Part shown: one piece after another, positions 16,519 to 25,689 of the stretch
Numbering within the stretch: the stretch's first letter is position 1
Layout of the letters: the number at the start of each line of letters is the position of its first letter
Origin: a virus
Taxonomy: Duplodnaviria; Caudoviricetes
Strand: one strand, 5' to 3'
IMG/VR virus record: IMGVR_UViG_3300043579_000246
Location: 1-48,418 of that record
DNA: 48,418 nucleotides
The notes under the pieces: model-generated
Told to the model about the DNA's origin: nothing
What the model saw: only the letters and a program-made list of their open reading frames with translations
Databases searched by the model: none
Position numbers and translations under genes: made by a program

Positions 16519-17609
16519 AGACTTGGTTTCGCATGGAGGTCAGCGCGTCTGACCCAACCGTCGCCGAAATTCAGATTTTCGACATCATCGGCGACTGGAT
16601 TGATGAACAGATCAATCAGATCTTCGGAGTCGAGCTGACGGTCACGGCGAAATCGTTCTTGAAGCAACTCGCCGAGCTTCCCTCGGCCGTGGCGACTATC
16701 CGCGTGCACATCAACAGCGTGGGTGGTGATTGTTTCGCGGCCGCGGCCATCGCGAACGCACTCCGCGACCAGCAGCTATCAAAGGGACGCACGGTCGAGA
16801 CGGTTGTCGATGGCATCGCGGCCAGCGCCGCCTCGGTGATTCTGATGGCTGGACGCAAGGTCACGATGAGCGACAACGGGCTGATCTTCCTTCATGACCC
16901 GTGGACCGGATCGGTGGGTAACGCCAGGCAGCTGCGGCAGGCCGCCGACGGGTTGGACAGAGTGCGCGACACGATCGTGTCGACTTATCAGTGGCACTCC
17001 CAGTTGTCGAAGGACGAAATCGTCGCGCTGATGAGCGCGGAGACCTGGATGGATGCCGATGAGGCCATCGCGAATGGCTTCGCGACTGACAAGGTTGAGG
17101 GCCTGAAGGCCGCGGCGTTGATCGATCCGAAGGCCGTTATGAAACTCGGCGTCGTGCCGGAGAAGTACCGCGACCGTCTTCAGGCGTTCGTGAGGCCTGA
17201 GCCAGAGCCTGAGCCGAAGCCTGTCCCTGCGGCGGCTGTGGACGTGCTGCAGGCGTGCACGGCCGGCGGCTGTCTCGAAATCGCCGAGTCGTTGGTGGCG
17301 GCGAACGCCACGCTCGAGGTGGTCAAGGCCAAGGTGGCCGAAACCCAGGCCACCAAGGTCGCCGCGCAGACCCGCGCCGATGCCATCACGCGGCTCTGCG
17401 CGCATGCGAAGGCGCCCGAGCTCGCTGCGGGCTACATCGCCGGCGCCATGAGCGTCGACGCGGTCAAAGGGCACCTCACGACCATCACCGCGAAGCTCGA
17501 CAAGGTCGAGATCGACACCGGCCTGCGTCCCGACGCCCACGTGAAGACCAAAGCTCGGATGAGCACGACTTCGATTTACGAGGATATGAACAAAGGAGCC
17601 AGCGCATGA
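16515..17609 (+). CDS. ClpP-like prohead protease with C-terminal scaffold region
   Basis: INSVGGD, DGIAASAASVI, HDPW, ETWMDADEAI..GFA. Confidence 0.94.
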   Translation: MKTWFRMEVSASDPTVAEIQIFDIIGDWIDEQINQIFGVELTVTAKSFLKQLAELPSAVATIRVHINSVGGDCFAAAAIANALRDQQLSKGRTVETVVDGIAASAASVILMAGRKVTMSDNGLIFLHDPWTGSVGNARQLRQAADGLDRVRDTIVSTYQWHSQLSKDEIVALMSAETWMDADEAIANGFATDKVEGLKAAALIDPKAVMKLGVVPEKYRDRLQAFVRPEPEPEPKPVPAAAVDVLQACTAGGCLEIAESLVAANATLEVVKAKVAETQATKVAAQTRADAITRLCAHAKAPELAAGYIAGAMSVDAVKGHLTTITAKLDKVEIDTGLRPDAHVKTKARMSTTSIYEDMNKGASA

Positions 17610-17992
17610 CGACGCCTCTCACCGAAGGCCAGTACGCCAGTGAATTTCTCCTGTCCGAGGCGCCTGGCCGCCTCAGCCACGACACCGTGACCGTGACGGT
17701 GGCCGCCAGCACGACGCTGCCGGCCGGCATGGTCCTCGGGAAGTTGACGGCCACGGGCAAATACGTCCCGTACGACAACGCGGGATCGGACGGCAGCGAG
17801 ACGGCGGCCGGGATTCTGTACGGCGAGCTCGTCAATGAGGCCGGATCGCCGGCGGACAAGACGGGCGTCGTCGTGAACCTCAACGCGGAGGTCCGCAAGG
17901 CCGACCTGCAGTGGGCGTCCGGGCTGGTCGACGCGGACAAGACCGCCGCGTACGTCGACCTGCGCACGCTGGGCATCAAGGCGCGCGACTAA
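17606..17992 (+). CDS. Head decoration protein (gpD-like)
   Basis: EFLLSEA.G..S, G.VLGK...GKY, DGSE.AAGIL. Confidence 0.9.
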   Translation: MTTPLTEGQYASEFLLSEAPGRLSHDTVTVTVAASTTLPAGMVLGKLTATGKYVPYDNAGSDGSETAAGILYGELVNEAGSPADKTGVVVNLNAEVRKADLQWASGLVDADKTAAYVDLRTLGIKARD

Positions 17993-18058
17993 CGTCGCGC
18001 GCCCGTTCGATCGACGCGACGGAACCAGATCGAGACCCTTTTTCAAGGAGACGCGACC

Positions 18059-19051
18059 ATGTTGGACGTTTTTCGCGGCGATGCCTTCAGCCTGACCTCG
18101 CTGACGGACGCCATTCAGAAGGCACCCTTCAAGCCGGGGCGGCTGGGCCAGCTGGGCCTGTTCCGCAGCAGCGGCATCGTCAACACCAGCGTCGTGGTGG
18201 AGGAAAAGGACGGGCGTCTCGAACTGATCCAGACGAGCCCTCGCGGCGGTCCGGCCACCACGATCGGGCAACAGAAGCGCACCGCGCGCAGCTTCCTGGT
18301 GCCGCATCTCGAGAAGGAGTCCACCATCAAGGCCGACGAGGTCCAGGGCGTGCGCGTCTTCGGGTCCGAGGACGCCAGCGAGGCGATGCAGGCCATCGTC
18401 AACGAGCGCCTGGCGGATCTCCGCGCCATGCACGAGGTGACGCTCGAGCATCTGCGCATCGGCGCGATCAAGGGCCTGATCTACGACGCCGACGGGTCGA
18501 CGGTCATCTACAACCTCTACACCGAGTTCGGCGTGTCTCAGCAGACGTACGCGATTGCGCTGCTGAACGCCTCGGCCGACATCCGGAATGAGGCGGTGGC
18601 TATCCAGCGGCTGATCGAGACGGAGCTCGGGGCCGAACCGGTGTCCGGCTTCCGCGCGTTCTGCGGCGCGGAGTTCTTCGACACCCTCGTGGCGCACACC
18701 AACGTCAAGGCGTCCTTCGCCAACCAGGAAGGCGCCGTGCTGCGGACCGACCTGCGCAAAGGGTTCGAGTTCGGCGGCATCACCTGGGAGGAATACCGCG
18801 GCCGGGTGAGCGGCGTCGACTTCGTCGAGACCGACGAGGCGCACGTGGTGCCCGAGGGCACGGGGCTGTTCAAGACGTACTTCGCGCCGGCGGACTTCAT
18901 CGAGACCGTCAACACGGTCGGTCGGCCGCTCTACGCGAAGCTCGTCGAGGACAAGGAGCTCCAACGCTCGATCAAGGTGCACACGCAGAGCAACCCGCTC
19001 GCGATCTGCTTGCGGCCGCGCGCGGTCGTCAAGCTCACGCTCGGGTCGTAG
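18059..19051 (+). CDS. Major capsid protein (lambda gpE family)
   Basis: DAFSLTSLTDAI, RGGP, TLEHLRIGAIKG, FAPAD..ETVNT.G.P.Y, QSNPL..C.RP; AAGGAG RBS. Confidence 0.96.
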   Translation: MLDVFRGDAFSLTSLTDAIQKAPFKPGRLGQLGLFRSSGIVNTSVVVEEKDGRLELIQTSPRGGPATTIGQQKRTARSFLVPHLEKESTIKADEVQGVRVFGSEDASEAMQAIVNERLADLRAMHEVTLEHLRIGAIKGLIYDADGSTVIYNLYTEFGVSQQTYAIALLNASADIRNEAVAIQRLIETELGAEPVSGFRAFCGAEFFDTLVAHTNVKASFANQEGAVLRTDLRKGFEFGGITWEEYRGRVSGVDFVETDEAHVVPEGTGLFKTYFAPADFIETVNTVGRPLYAKLVEDKELQRSIKVHTQSNPLAICLRPRAVVKLTLGS

Positions 19052-19058
19052 GTCTGAC

Positions 19059-19099
19059 GGGCGGCCGGGAGCAGTGGCATGACGGATGCCCGGCCGCCC
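19059..19099 (+). promoter_or_regulatory. 11-bp stem hairpin enclosing the RBS/ATG of the gene after the capsid gene
   Basis: GGGCGGCCGGG (19059-19069) and CCCGGCCGCCC (19089-19099) are perfect inverted repeats around ATG 19079. Confidence 0.55.
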
Positions 19100-19399
19100 A
19101 TCGCGGCGTTCTTCGACGCGTTCGGGGTCGACGCGGTCGTGACGCCGCCCGGGGAGTGGCCGATCGATACGTCGGTGGTGTGGTTGACGCCGAATCCCGT
19201 TCTTGAGCCGTCGGACGGGTTCTCCCGGCGGGAGGCGCAGAGGTTGATGGCGATTCGCAGGTCGGATGTGCCAGCGGTTCCGGTTGGCACGATGGTCCTC
19301 GCGCCGGAGATGTCTGGCGGGAGCAACGTGAGTTGGCGAGTCGACGGCGTCGATCTAGTTGAACCGGAACATGTTCGCGTGTTTGTCGTGAGGGTCTAA
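19079..19399 (+). CDS. Head-tail joining/closure protein (gpFII-like)
   Basis: Position and size; F..FGV.A.VT.P...RRSDVP.VP.G. Confidence 0.7.
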   Translation: MTDARPPIAAFFDAFGVDAVVTPPGEWPIDTSVVWLTPNPVLEPSDGFSRREAQRLMAIRRSDVPAVPVGTMVLAPEMSGGSNVSWRVDGVDLVEPEHVRVFVVRV

Positions 19400-19400
19400 G

Positions 19401-19868
19401 GTGGCGTTTCCGACCTCCAAGCGCAAACGAATCCTCGATGCTGTCGTGGCGCGTCTGGCCGTGATCACCGTGGCCAACGGGTTCGGCAGCAACGCGGGCG
19501 ATTCGATCAAGCTCGGAGACAATCCCCAGCTCGGTCCGGACGACCGCTATCCGTGCATCGCCGTCCTGGTCGAGGACGACACGATTGGCAATCAACAGGC
19601 CCGCATTGTGATTGACCTGTCGATCCAGATTGCCGTGATTGTGCCGATCGATCTCGCCGACTCAACGTGGCCGGCGATCGAAGAGGCGGTCAGTGACGTC
19701 AAGCGCGCGATGGAACTGGTTGACCGGAGCCTGTCTGGACTGTTGCGCTACAACCTTGAACGTCGCCCGACCCGTATCTATCCCCGCGAATCCGGATCGA
19801 CCGTCGCCGGCGTGACTGTCGGCTACCTCTTGCCCTACCACGAGACGTGGGGAGAGCCGGAGGCCTAG
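19401..19868 (+). CDS. Tail terminator-like protein
   Basis: Synteny; R.RIL.A....L..IT..NG. Confidence 0.65.
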   Translation: MAFPTSKRKRILDAVVARLAVITVANGFGSNAGDSIKLGDNPQLGPDDRYPCIAVLVEDDTIGNQQARIVIDLSIQIAVIVPIDLADSTWPAIEEAVSDVKRAMELVDRSLSGLLRYNLERRPTRIYPRESGSTVAGVTVGYLLPYHETWGEPEA

Positions 19869-19870
19869 CG

Positions 19871-20428
19871 ATGGCAGGCCCATCCGTCATCTTGCGCACC
19901 GAGGCCGCCGAGGCGGCCATTCGCGCCCTCGGTGCGCGCGCCGGCCGCGCGATCGCCCGCGGCATCAATCGGACGGCCTCCACGACGAAGGTCTCCCTTA
20001 GCCGAACGGTCTCGAGCGATCTTCGGCTGAAGGTCGGCACCGTGAAGGAGTTGATTGGCCTTCGCAATGCGACGCCGTCGCGACTGACCGCCTCGCTGAC
20101 CGCTAGCGCCAAGCGCATCCCGCTGATCGAGTTCAGGGCGCAAGGCCGCTATCCCTCTCGCGGCCGCGGCCGTGGTGTCACTGTGCAGTTGCCTGGCAGC
20201 CAAGGGCGCTATCCGCGGGCCTTCATCGCGATCATGCCGTCTGGTCACAAAGGTGTGTTTGAGCGTCGACCAGGCGTGCGGCGCTTGCCGATCATCGAGA
20301 AGAAGGGTCCATCGATCGCGCACGTCGTGGTGAAGCAGATGCCTGCCGCGCGTGCGGCGACCACGGATCTACTGGCCAAAAACATCGCGCATGAAATCGC
20401 GTTTGAGGCGTCGAAGCGCCGTACCTAA
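19871..20428 (+). CDS. Tail completion protein (gpZ-like)
   Basis: Basic; AIARGINRTA, AFIA.M.SGH.GVFER...RLPI....GPSI. Confidence 0.8.
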   Translation: MAGPSVILRTEAAEAAIRALGARAGRAIARGINRTASTTKVSLSRTVSSDLRLKVGTVKELIGLRNATPSRLTASLTASAKRIPLIEFRAQGRYPSRGRGRGVTVQLPGSQGRYPRAFIAIMPSGHKGVFERRPGVRRLPIIEKKGPSIAHVVVKQMPAARAATTDLLAKNIAHEIAFEASKRRT

Positions 20429-20443
20429 GAGGAGAGAACCCCT

Positions 20444-21052
20444 ATGCCCGCACCCTACGAGATCATCTCGGCCCCCATCGTCGCCTGGCTGGCGCCCCTG
20501 GGGTCCGCGTTTCCGGATTTGGCCGACCTCCCGCTGTCGCCATGGGTGAAGCTGGGCACCTCCGGGGATCTGAACTACATGGACGACGGCGTCACCGTCG
20601 ACCACTCGGAAACCAACAAGATCTTCCGCGCGCTGGGTGACGGCGGCCCGCGCAAGGTGTTTCCGGACGAACAGAACCTCGTCTTCAGCCTGGTGCTCGC
20701 GGACGCGAAGCTCGAGCAGATCAAGCTCGCCTTCAACGGGAACACCGTGACCACGGTCGCGCCCGGTGCGGGAACGGCCGGATACAAAAAGATCGGCCTG
20801 ACCCGCACGGTCCCGAAGACGCACTACGCGCTGCTGCTGCGGACGACTGGCATTTCTCCGGAAGGCGACGGCTGGAACATGCAGTATGAGATTCCGATCG
20901 TCACCCACACGGGATCGCCGAAACCGGTGTACCGGCGGTCGGACCCGGTCGGGTACGCCATCGAGCTGACGGCGCTCGTGGATTTCTCGGCCACGGATCC
21001 GACCGAGCGGTTCGGCCGGCTGCTGGTCCAGAGCGCGGATGCCGGCACCTAG
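20444..21052 (+). CDS. Major tail (tube) protein
   Basis: Strong GAGGAG RBS; position before chaperone and TMP; W..LG.SG...Y..DGVT. Confidence 0.8.
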   Translation: MPAPYEIISAPIVAWLAPLGSAFPDLADLPLSPWVKLGTSGDLNYMDDGVTVDHSETNKIFRALGDGGPRKVFPDEQNLVFSLVLADAKLEQIKLAFNGNTVTTVAPGAGTAGYKKIGLTRTVPKTHYALLLRTTGISPEGDGWNMQYEIPIVTHTGSPKPVYRRSDPVGYAIELTALVDFSATDPTERFGRLLVQSADAGT

Positions 21053-21266
21053 CGAGCTCAGTGCCGCGCTCGATCAGCTCTCTGAACAGGAGTTGATCGA
21101 GCGCGGCCTGGCGCTGCGTCAGGTGGTTCGTGCCGAGAAGGTCGCCGTCAGACGGCACAAGGACAACCTGCACGCCGCGGCCACCGCGCTCTGCGCGCTC
21201 GAAGAACACTGTCGACGATTCGGAATCCGCCTGATCGTCATGTCGTCCACCACTCCCAAGGCGTAG
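21039..21266 (+). CDS. Small hypothetical helical protein
   Basis: ORF between the tail tube and chaperone genes. Confidence 0.45.
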   Translation: MPAPSELSAALDQLSEQELIERGLALRQVVRAEKVAVRRHKDNLHAAATALCALEEHCRRFGIRLIVMSSTTPKA

Positions 21267-21278
21267 AGGTTCGCACTC

Positions 21279-21800
21279 ATGGCCACCAAGCCCGTCGTTC
21301 CGCTTCTCAACTTTGACATCGACAACCGCCCGCGGCAGGTCATCGCGATCGATGGCACGCACTATCCGCTCCGCCGCGGGGACGACCTCAGCATCGACAC
21401 CTCGCGCGAACTCGGCCGGCTCCTGAAGACCTACGCCGATCTCAATGTCCTCATCGAGCGCAAGGGCCAGCGGCTCGCGCGGGCCACCAAGGCGCAGTTG
21501 GACACGGTGATGAAGGACCTCTGCCGGATCATCATCGCCGCGCCGCCGGCGGTCTTGCACAAGCTGACGCCGGTGATGCGCTTCCGGACGATCAATGTTT
21601 TTCTGACGCTTTCGTTGACGAGCCGGCTCAACGCGGCGAAAGCGATGGACCAGGCCGGACAGATCAGCGATCGGGCGCTCAGCGACGTGTTGAGTGGGAA
21701 GACGTCGTCCCCGAGCTCTGCCGGTTCTTCGGCGGCGACCCGCTCGATTGGTTCACGCGGTACCCGATCGCGCTCGTCCGGGTCTACCAGGACAAGCTGA
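21279..21800 (+). CDS. Tail assembly chaperone (gpG-like)
   Basis: Position before TMP; Ser/Thr-rich tail overlapping an open -1 frame. Confidence 0.75.
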   Translation: MATKPVVPLLNFDIDNRPRQVIAIDGTHYPLRRGDDLSIDTSRELGRLLKTYADLNVLIERKGQRLARATKAQLDTVMKDLCRIIIAAPPAVLHKLTPVMRFRTINVFLTLSLTSRLNAAKAMDQAGQISDRALSDVLSGKTSSPSSAGSSAATRSIGSRGTRSRSSGSTRTS

Positions 21801-22000
21801 CGGAACTGACCGCGCTTGAGAGCCTCACCGCGTTTCAGCGGGTGGCGGTCGGATCGGGCACGTTGAGCCCGGAGAGCGCGAAGGAAGTGCGCGAGGCGTG
21901 GATGCGTGACGCAAATATCCGAACCGGCCGGAGCTTAGTGTCGTTGGCCACCGCCGACGACATGGCGGCGCTCGGCATGAAGTTGATCGTCAAGGGCTAA
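21597..22000 (+). CDS. -1 frameshift extension of the tail assembly chaperone (gpT-like portion)
   Basis: The -1 frame is open through ...VEWEDVVPELCRFFGGDPLDWF...LIVKG* (TAA 21998-22000, 3 nt before TMP); candidate slip site GTTTTTC at 21597-21603. Confidence 0.7.
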
Positions 22001-22003
22001 TTC

Positions 22004-24913
22004 GTGGGCATCCCGCTCGAACAAGTCGTCCTCGAGCTCACCACTGAGTACAAAGGGGTCCGCCAGGGCCTTGATGAGGTGATCGCACGCCTGCGGAACT
22101 CCAAAGCGGCGGCGAAGGATGCGACCGGTGGGTTCGGGGCGCTCGAAGGGCAATGGAAGAGGATGGTTACGGCGTTTTCTGCCGGCACCATTCTCACTCG
22201 CGCCATCAGCGGGATCGTCACGTTCGGGCAAGAGGCGGTCGCCACGGCTGGGCATGTTGTCGACCTGGCCGACCAGACCGGGCTGAGCACGGAAGCCGTT
22301 CAGCTGTACGGCGCCGTTGCGAAGCGAACGGGCGGCGACCTGAACACCTATGCGAATGCGATCTTCAAGTTGGGCGTGAATCTGTCCGACGGCGCGTCAC
22401 GTACGCGCGAGGCCCTGGATGAGCTCGGTCTCTCCTGGGACAACATCCGAAGCAAATCGCCCGAAGATCAGTTCGAGATCATTGCCGAAGCACTCGGCCA
22501 AGTCACCAACGCTGGCGACCGCAACCGACTCGGCGTCGAACTCATGGGCAAGACCTACGCGGGCGTGGCGGCCGGCATTGTCCAAGGGGTCAAGTCAATC
22601 AAGGATGCCACGTCGATTGTGGGAGAAGAAACGCTCCGTGCTGTCGACGAGGCCTCCGAAGCTCTGGATCAATTCTTCGATAACGCTAAGTCGGCACTGA
22701 CCGATTTTCTTGGTGAGCTCGTGCTGGCGTTCAGCTCTCGACAGAGCGCACTGGCCACGATTGGGGGGTTACTCGCGAGTGGGGGCACGCAAGCGGGTCT
22801 GGCGATCGCGGCGGGGAGGAATATCACGATCGCGAACATGCCGCCGAAGCCCCCGCGCGGCGACAAGGGCAGCGACAAGGACAAGGCCGCTGAGGCCGAG
22901 GTTAAGCGGCTCCAGAAGTTGGCTGAGGCCGAGGTCAAGCGGCTCCAGAAGTTGGCTGAGGCCGAGGTCAAGCGGCTCCAGAAGGAACTCCAGGACCTGG
23001 CCGACACGCTGGATGGCAACCGGCTCTACGACGAGATGACACAGCTCGCCGATGCGATCGAGCTGATCGGTGGCATGTCTGGCGTCAGCGCGGATCAGAT
23101 CGACGGCATTCTCACGAAGATCGAAGCCTTCAAAAGGGCTGGATTCGCACTCCGTCCGGAACTCAAAGAGATCGACGCCGCGTTCGGCGGGTTGACCTAT
23201 GCCGTGATGGGGCTGAACGACCCGACCGTGCTGCAGCGCACGCGCGACTTGATGAAGTCGCTGAAAGACGACTTACCCGAGCCCGATCACATTCTCAGGC
23301 TGGCGGACGGCCTCCGCCAGATGTCCGACACCATCGCCCACGACGACTTTTTCGATCATCCAATTTTCGGCGGCTCTTCTGGACTCTTCCCGGGAGATCA
23401 CGTCGAGCTCGGTCCGGCGCCGGCCGATCTGTCGGCGTGGAACACCTACAACCGCCTGGTCGGCATCGCTGGTGTCAGCCTGAGTCAGATCGGGAGCATC
23501 GCGGGTGAGTCGACTCGGAAGTGGTCATCCTTCGCGGTGCAGGCCGTGGCCACGCTCACGTCGCTCATCGCCTGGTCCAAGGCCGCGACCGCGGCCGAGG
23601 TCAGCCGGGCGGCCGCCTCTTCCGCGGCCTGGGCCGCGGCCACGATGGGGATCTCGCTGGCCATCACCGGCGCGATCATGCTCTACGAAGCCGAGAAGCA
23701 GGCGCGCCTGCAGGCACAAGGCCTGCGGAATGAGTGGGACCAGCTCGGCTACTCCGCGGCCGAGGTCACGCGACTGGTGAGGGAGGCCGCGATCGCACAG
23801 GACGTCGGCGTCGGCCACGGTGGGGCGATCCCGGCCGGAATCTTTGACCAGGTCATGGAGGACGCGAAAAAGCGATCGGACCAGGTCACCGCCGCGATCG
23901 ACAAGATGACCGAGCGGCTGCGCGTGTTCGGTGGCGTCGCGCCGCAGGCGATGCGGCCATTCATCGAAGACCTCTTGAAATCCACGCACCTCACCGAGGA
24001 CCAACGCAAGGCGCTCGAGGGCATGCTCCAAAAACCGAAGTGGGAGGCCTTGCAGCAGGAGGCGCAGGACCTCGGCGTCTCCTTGGATGCCCTCGGGTCG
24101 GGCTTCCAGCAAAGCAAGTTGAACGATCTCGCGGACGGGTATGCGGCGTTCTTCAAGACGGCGACTGAGAACGGCGGCGACGCCACCGGCATTCTGTCGG
24201 GGATGGCTGACGAGGTGCAGGCGTTGATCGACAACGCGGCGAAGTTCGGCTTGAAGCTGCCCGAGTTCATGAAGCCGATGCTGGAGCAGATGATCAAGAA
24301 CGGACAATTGATGGACCCGGCGAAGGTTCGCGGCTACGTGAACACGCTGCTGCAGGCCGGAAACCTCAACGATGAGCAGCGCAAGGCGCTCCAAAACCTC
24401 GGGCCGACGGCGACCTGGGAAGACCTGCAAGCCGTTGCACGGCAGATGGGCATCACGCTCAACACGAGCGATCTGACCAACGCCCTGAAAGACCTGACGA
24501 ACTTCAGCTTCGACGATATCGAGTCCGCGCAGGACAAGATGGTCGACTACCTGAAAGAGATCCGCGACATCCTCGCGGTGGGTCAGCCGACCGTGGCGGC
24601 GCCGCATTCGGCGGTGCCGCGACATGGCAAGTCGGCCGTGGCGAGGGCCGCCGACAGCCTACTGAACATGGCTGGCGGAGGGCGCCGAATGTCGTACGCG
24701 CAAATCGTCGCGGCCGACATGGAGACGCCTGGTGCTCAGAGTCAGCCGGTTGTTCGGCAATACACCGGCAACGTCGAGCTCAACATCGCCGGCCGACGCG
24801 TCGGCGACGTGTTGATCGAAGACATCTTGCGCACGTTTGAGAACAACTCCGGAGATGGGCAGCCGGTCGGGCCGACCACGCGGCTGTCGATCGCGCTGCG
24901 GAGGGCGGCATGA
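22004..24913 (+). CDS. Tape measure protein
   Basis: 969 aa, helical and Ala/Gly-rich; DLADQTGLSTE.VQ; follows the chaperone genes. Confidence 0.92.
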   Translation: MGIPLEQVVLELTTEYKGVRQGLDEVIARLRNSKAAAKDATGGFGALEGQWKRMVTAFSAGTILTRAISGIVTFGQEAVATAGHVVDLADQTGLSTEAVQLYGAVAKRTGGDLNTYANAIFKLGVNLSDGASRTREALDELGLSWDNIRSKSPEDQFEIIAEALGQVTNAGDRNRLGVELMGKTYAGVAAGIVQGVKSIKDATSIVGEETLRAVDEASEALDQFFDNAKSALTDFLGELVLAFSSRQSALATIGGLLASGGTQAGLAIAAGRNITIANMPPKPPRGDKGSDKDKAAEAEVKRLQKLAEAEVKRLQKLAEAEVKRLQKELQDLADTLDGNRLYDEMTQLADAIELIGGMSGVSADQIDGILTKIEAFKRAGFALRPELKEIDAAFGGLTYAVMGLNDPTVLQRTRDLMKSLKDDLPEPDHILRLADGLRQMSDTIAHDDFFDHPIFGGSSGLFPGDHVELGPAPADLSAWNTYNRLVGIAGVSLSQIGSIAGESTRKWSSFAVQAVATLTSLIAWSKAATAAEVSRAAASSAAWAAATMGISLAITGAIMLYEAEKQARLQAQGLRNEWDQLGYSAAEVTRLVREAAIAQDVGVGHGGAIPAGIFDQVMEDAKKRSDQVTAAIDKMTERLRVFGGVAPQAMRPFIEDLLKSTHLTEDQRKALEGMLQKPKWEALQQEAQDLGVSLDALGSGFQQSKLNDLADGYAAFFKTATENGGDATGILSGMADEVQALIDNAAKFGLKLPEFMKPMLEQMIKNGQLMDPAKVRGYVNTLLQAGNLNDEQRKALQNLGPTATWEDLQAVARQMGITLNTSDLTNALKDLTNFSFDDIESAQDKMVDYLKEIRDILAVGQPTVAAPHSAVPRHGKSAVARAADSLLNMAGGGRRMSYAQIVAADMETPGAQSQPVVRQYTGNVELNIAGRRVGDVLIEDILRTFENNSGDGQPVGPTTRLSIALRRAA
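22889..22984 (+). repeat. 33-bp in-frame tandem repeat (about 3 copies, AEAEVKRLQKL) in TMP
   Basis: gctgaggccgaggt(t/c)aagcggctccagaagttg; one mismatch between copies. Confidence 0.95.
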
Positions 24914-25689
24914 AGTTCGTCTACGGCCACCCCTCCGACAACCTGCTCGACCAGGCCGCGATCACGGTGCAGTCGGGCACGCCCTTGACCGGCTACGACG
25001 TCGAGCGCCTGAACAATGGCAGCTGGGCCTATCCGTTCAAGATTGCCGAGACGTCACTCGAGCTCCGGTTCGCCTTCGCGGCTCCGGTCCTGCCGAAGTT
25101 GTCGATCCTCGGCAACACAAACCTGACCGTGGCGGCGGTGTTGCACGGTGGCGTCGCGCCCGGCGGATCCGATGTGAGCGCGGCCTTCGCGATTCCGACG
25201 CTCGCCATCGACGGGTTCTACTCGAGCCCGTTCATTGACGACACCGGTCTGAGCGCCAAGCAGTATTGGCGGCTCGTCGTCACCGGCAACGCGGCGCCCA
25301 TCATTCTGGGCGAGCTTCACCTGGGATCGGCGTCCCGCACGCTCGATACGAACTACGAGCTCTCGTCGGAGACCCAACTGGCCGCCGAGTGGCGCAACGT
25401 GCGCCTCGAGACGGCGTTCGGTGTGGAGGTGGCCTACCAGCAGGCCGGCCGCCGGGAAGCGATTGACGGCCAGGTCGGGGTCACGCTCGCGGAGTTCGCG
25501 GATCTCGAGGCGTGGCATCACGCGTGCCTGGGGTCTGCGCGGCCGACGTGGATGGTGCCCAACGACGCGGTGAATGACGCCTGGTTTGTGCGGTTGGGCG
25601 ACGATGGATTGCGGCGAGTGCCGATCGGCGCCGGCGGCTGGATGGTCCGGCTGCCGGTCCGGCAACTCTCGCGCGGGCTGCCCTGGTAA
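24910..25689 (+). CDS. Distal tail / baseplate protein
   Basis: Directly after TMP; beta-rich; YWRL...LGEL.LG. Confidence 0.65.
   Translation: MKFVYGHPSDNLLDQAAITVQSGTPLTGYDVERLNNGSWAYPFKIAETSLELRFAFAAPVLPKLSILGNTNLTVAAVLHGGVAPGGSDVSAAFAIPTLAIDGFYSSPFIDDTGLSAKQYWRLVVTGNAAPIILGELHLGSASRTLDTNYELSSETQLAAEWRNVRLETAFGVEVAYQQAGRREAIDGQVGVTLAEFADLEAWHHACLGSARPTWMVPNDAVNDAWFVRLGDDGLRRVPIGAGGWMVRLPVRQLSRGLPW

Noticed and set aside
17192-17222. GAGCC repeats resembling the Com-associated repeats
   Set aside because: Explained by the PEPEPEPKP linker codons in the protease
21695-21701. T GGG AAG as a lambda-type Gly-Lys slippery site
   Set aside because: -1 re-pairing (TGG GAA) is poor; GTTTTTC at 21597 is the better candidate
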